Shown piece after piece: positions 15,981-24,111 of a DNA stretch of 27,314 bases; the first letter of the stretch is position 1; every line of letters starts with the position of its first letter. A program made the translations under genes and the position numbers. The notes under the pieces were generated by a model. It was given only the letters and a program-made list of their open reading frames with translations, did not search any database and had not been told where the DNA came from. The stretch is from Candidatus Bathyarchaeum sp. GTDB lineage: Archaea > Thermoproteota > Bathyarchaeia > Bathyarchaeales > Bathyarchaeaceae. The DNA is taken from positions 1 through 27,314 of the forward strand of contig JAOZIF010000106.1 of assembly GCA_026014495.1 (NCBI GenBank), read 5' to 3'.

Positions 15981-18073
15981 TTCCGGTTGAGTACGCAGCG
16001 TGGTTATGCTGGGCGATTCCTTTTGCAGGTTCATTATTTGTACCTTTAGTTGCTAAGGTTCGTCGTAGAAGCGTTGGATGGTACGCGGTAGCCGTCACTT
16101 TTCTTGCGGTTGCATGTACACTCTCTTTGATTTCAGGTATGCTTGGTGGTCATGCTGATGCGCATGTGTATTCTATACCTTGGATGCCTGCTCTTAACAT
16201 TGATCTTAGTGTTCTTGTTGACCCGTTAAGCGTTATGATGGCAAACATTGCAGCCTGTATTGGCTTGCTAATCATGATTTACTCAGTAAACTATATGAAA
16301 AAAGAAAAGGCAACCCCTAGATTCTTTTTCTTTATGCTTCTTTTCATCGGGGGAATGCTTGGTTTAGTTATGGCCAACAATCTTTTGCAGATGTACTTTT
16401 TCTGGGAAACCGTTGGACTTTGTTCATACTCCCTTATCGGATTCTGGTACAGCCGAGATGACGCAGCAAAAGCAGGAATGAAAGCATTTATTGTAACAAG
16501 AGTTGGCGACATTTTCCTTTTACTTGGAATATTGTTGTTATATGTGAACACTGGCACCTTCAATTTTATGGAAATAAAGGAACTCATAGCCGCTGGGGCT
16601 GTTTCGGTTCCAATGTTAACTATATCAATTTTGATGCTGATTGGAGCTATCGGCAAATCTGCCCAAGTTCCGTTGCATGTATGGCTTCCAAATGCCATGG
16701 AAGGGCCATCACCTGTCAGTGCCCTTATTCACGGTGCAACAATGGTAAAAGCAGGAATCTATCTTGTGGCAAGAATCTACATCCTATTCTCGATAGTGCA
16801 ACCATGGTTAACAACAATCACCTATGTTGGCGGAATCACAGCTTTTCTTGCCGCAACCATGGCGTTGACCAGCTCAGACCTGAAACGTGTTCTCGCATTC
16901 TCAACAATAAGCCAGCTGGGTATGATAATGTCCGCGCTGGGAATAGGAACTGAGCTTGGTTGGTTCGCTAGCCAATTTCATGTAATCAGTCATGCACTCT
17001 TCAAGTCGCTTTTGTTTTTGTGTGCTGGAGTCATTATGCATGTTACTCACACACTTGACCTAAAGCAGCTTGGCGGTTTAAGAAAGGCAATGCCAATAAC
17101 TTTCATAGTGAGTGTTATTGGAGCGTTTTCTCTTGCTGGTATTCCGCCATTTAGTGGATTTTGGAGCAAAGACACCATATTTGAGGCTATAATATTAGCC
17201 AACAACGTTCCCTTGTTTATTTTGATATTTGGAACCTCTGTGCTAACAGCAATCTATAGTATACGCTGGATTTGTTCAGTTTTCCTTGGAGAAAGATCCG
17301 CGTTTCTGGCAGACCATCACATACACGACCCCAGCCCCATAATCTATGTGCCCCTTATCCTGTTGGCTGCTGCTTCATGCATTACAGGTTTCTTCAAAAC
17401 CCCACTAGAGCATTATCTTGGAGTACATGCTGAAGCTTCAATGTCTGGTGTACTTTTGGCAAGTGCAACTTCTGCTGTAATTCTTGCGATTGCAGTTCCT
17501 GTAGCCTATTATCTTTACTACAAAAAACGTGCAACTTCACTGTTTTTCGCAAGAAATCTTTTAAACAATCCACTTTATTTGTTAATATCTAATGGCTACT
17601 ATTTCGACGCCGTTTACAATAAAATCTTGAATGGAGTCATGGGTTTGGCACAATTCACCTGTAGAGTAATAGAACGCTCTGGAGTGCAGCAGTTCCCATA
17701 TGTTGTAGCATGTGGGGCTTCCAAGCTAGCCCAAGGTACACTAAACTATATCGAATCGTTTCTTGACCGATTCGTTTACGTCATAGCTGGTGGAGCTGTG
17801 ATTACTGCCCACAAAACCCATGTGCACCTTGACGCTTTTCTTGACCGCTTCTGCTACATTCTAGCCGGTGGAACCGTAGAGACTGCCCGAGTAACCCACG
17901 AATATATTGATTCATTCTTGGATAGAATGGTCTATCTTTTTGCAGGAAAAACTGTTGAGCATGGGCAGAAAATCAAGAAAATGCACCGAGGACCCCTGCC
18001 AGACTTTGTTTTGGCAGCCGCGCTCGGATTCTTCCTAATTGTAATATTACTATTATTAACTGCTTTGAGGTAA
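15977..18073 (+). CDS. nuoL: NuoL/MrpA-like antiporter-like subunit, about 698 aa from GTG 15977
   Basis: FFWE, GKSAQVPLHVWLP.AMEGP.PVSALIH.ATMV.AG, HALFK, GFWSKD; the GTG start overlaps the K stop (GTGA). The provided 15842 start is in frame but gives a non-homologous prefix. Confidence 0.92.
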   Translation: MIPVEYAAWLCWAIPFAGSLFVPLVAKVRRRSVGWYAVAVTFLAVACTLSLISGMLGGHADAHVYSIPWMPALNIDLSVLVDPLSVMMANIAACIGLLIMIYSVNYMKKEKATPRFFFFMLLFIGGMLGLVMANNLLQMYFFWETVGLCSYSLIGFWYSRDDAAKAGMKAFIVTRVGDIFLLLGILLLYVNTGTFNFMEIKELIAAGAVSVPMLTISILMLIGAIGKSAQVPLHVWLPNAMEGPSPVSALIHGATMVKAGIYLVARIYILFSIVQPWLTTITYVGGITAFLAATMALTSSDLKRVLAFSTISQLGMIMSALGIGTELGWFASQFHVISHALFKSLLFLCAGVIMHVTHTLDLKQLGGLRKAMPITFIVSVIGAFSLAGIPPFSGFWSKDTIFEAIILANNVPLFILIFGTSVLTAIYSIRWICSVFLGERSAFLADHHIHDPSPIIYVPLILLAAASCITGFFKTPLEHYLGVHAEASMSGVLLASATSAVILAIAVPVAYYLYYKKRATSLFFARNLLNNPLYLLISNGYYFDAVYNKILNGVMGLAQFTCRVIERSGVQQFPYVVACGASKLAQGTLNYIESFLDRFVYVIAGGAVITAHKTHVHLDAFLDRFCYILAGGTVETARVTHEYIDSFLDRMVYLFAGKTVEHGQKIKKMHRGPLPDFVLAAALGFFLIVILLLLTALR
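17750..17983 (+). repeat. Three tandem 78-bp (26-aa) repeats in the lateral-helix region of the L subunit, plus a degenerate 27-aa copy at 17669-17749
   Basis: FLDR Phe codons at 17759, 17837 and 17915 (78-nt period); consensus [IL][ED][SA]FLDR[FM].Y..AG..V. Confidence 0.9.
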
Positions 18074-18080
18074 AACAAAA

Positions 18081-19598
18081 ATGGAAACCCTATTAATTGC
18101 TTTGATGTTGCCTGCTCTGGCTATTCCAGTAGTGTATGGCATTGGAAAAAAATCTGCGAAAACTGCTGCTTTGATTCTTACATTAATTGTTTTGGTTAGC
18201 CTGTCTCTTTTGCTAACTTTGGTACCCACGGTTCTTAGTGAGGGACAATACATTGAATCGTATTATTGGATACCTACTTTAGGTTCGGCTTTCACGCTTT
18301 TTGTTGACGGAATAAGCCTGTCGTTGGCTATTGCCACATTAATACTTGTTTCAGCAACAACAGTATATTCAATAAACTATATGGAAGAGAAAAGTTCACT
18401 TCCAGAATATTTTGCGTTAATGAGCTTACTAACCATCGGGTTAATTGGAGTTTTCATAACCTCCAATCTTTTGCTCTTTTATTTCTGTTGGGAACTCATG
18501 CTTGTTCCAACATACTTTATCATAGGCGGCTGGGGATACAAGGACTCCTTCAAAACAGCCTTCAAATTTTTCATATTCACTCACGCTGGAGCAATCTTTG
18601 TTCTCTTAGGCATCGGCGCCATCTACATGCTCACCGGCACCCTTGACATATTCGAAGCCCAAGCCATTCTAGCCACCACAGTAGACCAAAGTATCTTACC
18701 TTGGGTGCTGATTTCGTTTGTTGCAGGATTTGCTGTAAAAATGGCTATTGTTCCACTTCATATGTGGCTTCCAGACGCGCACGGTGAATCACCTGCACCA
18801 ATGTCTGCACTCCTTAGTGGTGTAATAATTGGGGCTGGAGGATACGCTGTTTTGAGGATAGCTCTTGGAACCGTATACACTGCAATGGTGCCCGCAGGGA
18901 ACGAATTCTTGTTAGTGTTAAGCTTTTTCGGCGTATTATCCGCATTTTACGGGTCATTTTTGGCGTTAGCAGAAACCGACATCAAACGAATAATTGCTTA
19001 CTCTAGTATAAGCCACATGGGCTACGTTCTGTTTGCACTTTCCCTGTTTCCATCTTCCGAAGGAATCACTGGAGCAGTGCTCCATCTGGTTAACCATACC
19101 GCAAGCAAGGGGCTTCTCTTCTTGACCGCAGGCGCAGTCATGCACCAAACTGGCTTAAGAAACATAAATGACATGGGTGGTTTAGCTTCAAAAATGCCCC
19201 TAACCGCGATAGCAACTGCTATTGCAGCCTTTAGCATAGGTGGAATTCCACCGTTTGCATGCTTCATAAGTGAGTTCCACATTTTCGTTGGAGCTGTCAC
19301 CGCTGCTGGCGCAGATAGTTCATATTATTTGCCTACGATTTTGATGCTTATTGCAACTGTTTTCAGTCTCGCTTATGTCCTCAGATACTTCTGGAAAGTT
19401 TTCTTAGGGTCTCCCAAGGCAAAAACTGACGTTGAACCTGTTACAACCGATGAAACGGGTGAGCAAAAAACTAAGAATAATGACCCGTCAATGTTCATGC
19501 TTATTGCAATGCTTGCTTTGGCAGCGTTTGTTGTGATATTGGGAATTTATCCTGGAGTTTTCATTGATTTAATTCATGCTGTTACATCAATAATATGA
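18081..19598 (+). CDS. nuoM: NuoM/MrpD-like antiporter-like subunit
   Basis: FCWELM, FAVKMAIVPLHMWLPDAH.E.P, KRIIAYSSISHMG, NH..SKGLLF, ISEF. Confidence 0.92.
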   Translation: METLLIALMLPALAIPVVYGIGKKSAKTAALILTLIVLVSLSLLLTLVPTVLSEGQYIESYYWIPTLGSAFTLFVDGISLSLAIATLILVSATTVYSINYMEEKSSLPEYFALMSLLTIGLIGVFITSNLLLFYFCWELMLVPTYFIIGGWGYKDSFKTAFKFFIFTHAGAIFVLLGIGAIYMLTGTLDIFEAQAILATTVDQSILPWVLISFVAGFAVKMAIVPLHMWLPDAHGESPAPMSALLSGVIIGAGGYAVLRIALGTVYTAMVPAGNEFLLVLSFFGVLSAFYGSFLALAETDIKRIIAYSSISHMGYVLFALSLFPSSEGITGAVLHLVNHTASKGLLFLTAGAVMHQTGLRNINDMGGLASKMPLTAIATAIAAFSIGGIPPFACFISEFHIFVGAVTAAGADSSYYLPTILMLIATVFSLAYVLRYFWKVFLGSPKAKTDVEPVTTDETGEQKTKNNDPSMFMLIAMLALAAFVVILGIYPGVFIDLIHAVTSII

Positions 19599-19613
19599 CG
19601 AGGCGTACATTAA

Positions 19614-21095
19614 ATGAATATTATCGACATTCTATTACCAACAATAGTCTTCACGGTTTGCTCTTTACTAACCGTTCCACTTCTACGACTTGTACGAAAA
19701 ACCAAGTTTAATCCTCAACATTTCATGGTTGCTTGGGTACTTCTCACCTTTTCTGCAGCTGCGGCTGGAGTTTTTCGTATAGCAACAGAGTATTTTGGGC
19801 AGGCTGAGTCGTTTCTTCAGATTTCTTCTGTAGACACGCTTTTGGAGTCCATGTCAACGGTATTTCTTGTAGACACAGTTTCGGTTTACATGGTGATAGC
19901 CTACCTGATTGTAGGTTCAATCACGTGCCTGTATGGTGTTTTGCATGTTAGTTCACAGGAAAATCTGTCTGAAAGGTATTACGCGTTGATGCTTATGGTA
20001 ACTGGCACTGTGATAGCTGCTACTTTTTCAGGAGACTTGCTTACGCTTTTCATCTTTTGGGAGGCAACAGCGGCTGGTTCTTGTTTTCTTGTGGCTTACA
20101 AAAAGTCTCGTGAATCGCTTGAGTCTGCTTTGAAGTATCTGGTCATGGTCATTATAGCTTCTGGTTTTATAATCTATGGTTTATCCTTGATTTTTGGTCT
20201 TACGGGCTCGCTTAACTTCTGGACAGTTAGAGACGTTTTGTTAACTACTGCTAACCCTGAGCTTTTGGTGGTGGCTTTTGCTTTTATTATTGCAGGATAT
20301 GCTATCGAAACTGCTATTGTTCCGTTTCACATGTGGATGCCAGATGCTTACACTGCTGCTCCTGATTCTGCTTCAGCTTTCTTATCTTCAATAGTTGACC
20401 AAGGCAGCTACTATGTCTTGTTGCGTGTTTTGCTGTTTATTTTAACACCAACTGCGGTTGTTGATTGGCGATTTACTGTGGCAATATTTTCTGCGATTAC
20501 TATGACCGCGGGGAACTTGTTTGCGTTGGCACAGCAAAATGTTAAGCGCATGATTTCATACGTTTGTATTGCAGATATTGGCTATAACTTGATAGCTATT
20601 ACCAGCATCACTTCTATTGGTCTTATGGGTAACCTGTTCTTTTTCTTTGTTGCAGCCATGGAAACTGCTCTTGCCTTCATGGTTATTGGGGTTTTCAGAA
20701 AAATGGGATTGGAAACGTTAGATGATTTATCTGGTATGGGACGTAAAATGCCTTTGACCAGCGTGGCTTTTGTTTGTGCAGCTTTGTCGTTTTCTGGTGT
20801 GCCCCTGTTCGCAGGGTTCATCGCAAAGTACATGGTGTTTACTTCAGTTTTGCAGTCAAGCGTTGCGTGGTTAGCTGTGGTAGGCGTTCTAAACTCGGTT
20901 CTGCAAACATCTTACTTCCTAAGAGTGATACATTACTTCTATGCCAAACCCGCGAAAAGTGACGTACCATTCAAGGAGCCAAAAAAGTTGCTGGTGCCAA
21001 TTTATTGTTTGGTTGTCATAATTGTTGTTCTTGGATTATATCCTGATTTGGCGCTAGATTTGCTCTCTGCTGCTGCGGCATTGTTGCCTACGTAA
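19614..21095 (+). CDS. nuoN: NuoN/MrpD-like antiporter-like subunit with a divergent charged axis
   Basis: FIFWE, ESLESALKY, VPFHMWMPDAY..AP, KRMISY, S..GVP..AGF.AK; last membrane gene in the operon. Confidence 0.85.
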   Translation: MNIIDILLPTIVFTVCSLLTVPLLRLVRKTKFNPQHFMVAWVLLTFSAAAAGVFRIATEYFGQAESFLQISSVDTLLESMSTVFLVDTVSVYMVIAYLIVGSITCLYGVLHVSSQENLSERYYALMLMVTGTVIAATFSGDLLTLFIFWEATAAGSCFLVAYKKSRESLESALKYLVMVIIASGFIIYGLSLIFGLTGSLNFWTVRDVLLTTANPELLVVAFAFIIAGYAIETAIVPFHMWMPDAYTAAPDSASAFLSSIVDQGSYYVLLRVLLFILTPTAVVDWRFTVAIFSAITMTAGNLFALAQQNVKRMISYVCIADIGYNLIAITSITSIGLMGNLFFFFVAAMETALAFMVIGVFRKMGLETLDDLSGMGRKMPLTSVAFVCAALSFSGVPLFAGFIAKYMVFTSVLQSSVAWLAVVGVLNSVLQTSYFLRVIHYFYAKPAKSDVPFKEPKKLLVPIYCLVVIIVVLGLYPDLALDLLSAAAALLPT

Positions 21096-21143
21096 CCCAA
21101 AATTTTAACTTGCTAGAATGATACAAGATTGTAAGGGAATTGT

Positions 21144-22643
21144 TTGGCAGCAAAAAAAGGCAACCTAATAGCATATAATGATTTGGAAAGTAAAATCATT
21201 AACTCTGGATTTTGTACCTTCTGTGGAGCATGTGAAGCGGCATGTCCTGTTCATGCGATAAAAATAGAGGGCTACAAAGTTGAGCACTCTGATTGCTCTA
21301 AACACATTGATTCCTGTCCGATATGTTATGAGATTTGTCCCCATTCTGATGAACTTGTTTCTGAAAGCCTAAAGTTTGTTTCAGACTCGCCTACAAAACG
21401 CGAAGGTTTAGGGTATTACAGAAGAATTCTGCTTGCACAAGCTGCAGACCCAGAGCTTAGAAAGCTTGGGCATGGTGGTGCTATTGTTACTACGCTTTTA
21501 ACAAACGCCATAGACACTGGGATGATAGATAGTGCGATTGTTTCTCAGGCGGAAACCAATATTCCAATTAAACCTAAAGCCCTTGTTGGTGTGGTTCCAG
21601 ATGACGTGTTTTCTGCTGTTGGGAGCAAATTCTTTCCATCATCTGTAGCTCGAGCTTATGGAAGTGCAGTTTATGAGTATGGAAAAGGCGATATTGCGTT
21701 CGTTGGGGTTCCTTGTCATGTGTTGGCTCTTCGTAAGCTTGAGGCTTGGGAACATAAAATCACTGGAAACCTAAAGGTGATAATTGGGCTCTTTTGTTTC
21801 TGGACACTTTCTTTTGGGCACCTGCTTGATTACCTGTCAAAAACTTACAACATTAACCCCGACGAGATAAAACGGCTTGATATAGTAAAGGAGTTGATAG
21901 TTCAAACCGACAAAGGTACAATAACCGTTCCATTGTCTGAAGTTAAGCCGCACATTTTAACTAGCTGTGAAACCTGCACTGATTTTACTTCAGAGTTAGC
22001 TGACATTTCTGTTGGAAGTGCTTATCCTCTTAAGGAGTGGTCTACAGTGATTATTCGAACAAAGGCTGGAGAGGACTTCTTTTATTCTGCAGTAGAGGCG
22101 GGGGTGATAAACACGGGCGTAATAGAGCTTGAGCCAGACGCTTTTGCGCATGTGATTGAGACTGCAGTGAATAAACGAAAAACTGCACTAAAAGAGCTAA
22201 ACGAAATGAAGGAAGCATATGTTCCTGTTCCAGTTAAGCCTTTACAGGAAATTTCTATTCTCTCCAAGTTTAAAGTGAAGGATGTTATGTCCAAGAAACT
22301 CAAAACAGTGTCTCCAGATTTTACTGTTAGTCAACTCTTGGATTTTATGGCTAAGCATCATCACACGGGGTATCCTGTTGTTGATGAAAGCGGAGACTTC
22401 ATGGGACTCGTCGCGTTGGAGGATGTTGTGAAGGTTGAGAAAGAGAAAAGAGATGAAGTTCTTATTCGTGACATCATTCAAAAGAATCCTGTTGTTATTT
22501 TTCCTGAAGAGCTTGCTTTGGATGCCTTCAAAAAGATGAGGGTTCATGATGCGGTTCGTATTGCGGTTGTTGACAACGCTAATCCAAAAAAAATAATTGG
22601 TATGCTCACTAAAACTGATTTGCGACACATTCTAAGTGACTAG
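21144..22643 (+). CDS. FpoF/FrhB-family (coenzyme F420 hydrogenase beta subunit-like) flavoprotein with N-terminal 2x[4Fe-4S] domain, fused to a C-terminal CBS pair
   Basis: CTFCGACEAACP and CPICYEICP; GGAIVT, GSKF, VGVPCH, IGLFC, CETCTDFTSELADISVG, WSTVIIRT..G; CBS pair from about 22269 (VKDVMS...YPVVD...G.V...D; I.....V...AVVD...GMLTKTDL). Confidence 0.9.
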   Translation: MAAKKGNLIAYNDLESKIINSGFCTFCGACEAACPVHAIKIEGYKVEHSDCSKHIDSCPICYEICPHSDELVSESLKFVSDSPTKREGLGYYRRILLAQAADPELRKLGHGGAIVTTLLTNAIDTGMIDSAIVSQAETNIPIKPKALVGVVPDDVFSAVGSKFFPSSVARAYGSAVYEYGKGDIAFVGVPCHVLALRKLEAWEHKITGNLKVIIGLFCFWTLSFGHLLDYLSKTYNINPDEIKRLDIVKELIVQTDKGTITVPLSEVKPHILTSCETCTDFTSELADISVGSAYPLKEWSTVIIRTKAGEDFFYSAVEAGVINTGVIELEPDAFAHVIETAVNKRKTALKELNEMKEAYVPVPVKPLQEISILSKFKVKDVMSKKLKTVSPDFTVSQLLDFMAKHHHTGYPVVDESGDFMGLVALEDVVKVEKEKRDEVLIRDIIQKNPVVIFPEELALDAFKKMRVHDAVRIAVVDNANPKKIIGMLTKTDLRHILSD

Positions 22644-22718
22644 CCGTGAGTTGTTACAAACCCTGTTAGTGATATTCGTTAAGAAAGTTAAAATATCCAA
22701 TGAAACTTAGATTTACAT

Positions 22719-23600
22719 GTGAGATTAATGAGCAATAAGCAACTTTTTAAGAAGATTCTTGTTCCTGTGGATGGTTCACACTCTTGTCTTCACGCTAAAA
22801 TGCTTGCGGCTTCTATCGCAAAAAAGTTCAAATCAAAAGTAACTGTGGTTCACGTTGCTTCTCATGAGTTTATGCATCCTGAACTGAAAGCACAGTATCA
22901 GTTGCCCCATTCAATTTTGCATAAGGTTGACGAGGCATATTTGCAGGCGGGCAAAAAAATCATCAGAAACGCCGAAGAAATGTTCAGAGAAGCTGGAATA
23001 ACTGTTGATTCTAAGCTAGTTACACACGAAGACCCTGCTGAATTTTTGCTTGAGTTAATAAAAAGCGAGAAATACTGTTTGGTTGTTATAGGAAATCGTG
23101 CTGAAAGTCAATCTGAGCGCTACTCTTTGGGAAGCGTTACCGAAAAAGTTGCAAGGCATTCTGAGTGTCCTGTTCTTATAGTCAAACAAAAACCAAAAGT
23201 TGAGAAGATTCTCACCGCTGTTGACGGCTCTAAATATGCAAACAAAGCACTTGAATATGCAGTTGAATTAACTAAAAGCTACAGCGCAAACTTGGCTCTA
23301 TTGCACGTTGAGGAAGACAAACTTGTTCGCATTGGCGGACCACAAGTTATGGATTGTCTTGGAACTGTTGGTGAATGTATCCTAAAAGATGCATCAACTA
23401 AAGTTCAAGGCGTTAAATTTGACAAGATGCTGGAATATGGTAGCCCTGCAGAAATAATAATCAAAGTTGCAAAAAAGGCAGATGTTGACATTATCGTTGT
23501 AGGAAGCAGAGGCTTAAGCAGTGTAAGAAGATACCTGCTTGGCAGCGTCAGCGACGACATAAGCATGCATGCAAGAAGTTCAGTGCTAATTGTCCGATAA
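22719..23600 (+). CDS. Tandem-domain universal stress protein
   Basis: Two USP domains (KKILVPVDGS; KILTAVDGS); GSRG...LLGSVS in the second. A BRE/TATA-like GAAAGTTAAAATA at about 22683-22695 suggests start at ATG 22728. Confidence 0.92.
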   Translation: MRLMSNKQLFKKILVPVDGSHSCLHAKMLAASIAKKFKSKVTVVHVASHEFMHPELKAQYQLPHSILHKVDEAYLQAGKKIIRNAEEMFREAGITVDSKLVTHEDPAEFLLELIKSEKYCLVVIGNRAESQSERYSLGSVTEKVARHSECPVLIVKQKPKVEKILTAVDGSKYANKALEYAVELTKSYSANLALLHVEEDKLVRIGGPQVMDCLGTVGECILKDASTKVQGVKFDKMLEYGSPAEIIIKVAKKADVDIIVVGSRGLSSVRRYLLGSVSDDISMHARSSVLIVR

Positions 23601-23639
23601 ACTGTTCATTTGAGAAAATATTCTCCAGCAACGCTACAG

Positions 23640-24026
23640 CTACTTTTTTACTACAAGTACGTTGCAGTTTGCTTTGGAAACTACCTGTTTTGATACGCTG
23701 CCTAACAAGAAAGCTGCAGCATTACCCAGTCCTCTGCTGCCAACTACTATTAAGTCAATTTTCTCGTTTTCTGCAGTGTCAACCAACGCTCGGGACGGAT
23801 TGGAGCCAAGAATAGGCTCTAAACTAGACTCGATTTTTTCTTCATCTAAAAGCTGTTTTACTTTTAGCTGAGTTTTGGCTGCTTCGTCTGCTTCTCCTCG
23901 TTTGTAGATTGTAATAACTTTTATGTGACCTGAAAACTTTTTTGCGATGCTAATTGCTTCCATAAGTGCCCATGTGGAATTGTCTGAGCCGTCAACTCCT
24001 ACTAAAATTTTCATTCCTGTTTTCAT
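23640..24026 (-). CDS. Single-domain universal stress protein
   Basis: KILVGVDGS; IVVGSRGLGNAAAFLLGSVS; CNVLVVK. Confidence 0.93.
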   Translation of the reverse strand: MKTGMKILVGVDGSDNSTWALMEAISIAKKFSGHIKVITIYKRGEADEAAKTQLKVKQLLDEEKIESSLEPILGSNPSRALVDTAENEKIDLIVVGSRGLGNAAAFLLGSVSKQVVSKANCNVLVVKK

Positions 24027-24111
24027 TTATTTAACCTCGCGAATGTTTCCCCTTTTTTATTTTAGAATTGTTACTATTCATTATTTATTCGCCCAAGTTT
24101 TAATGCTTTCT

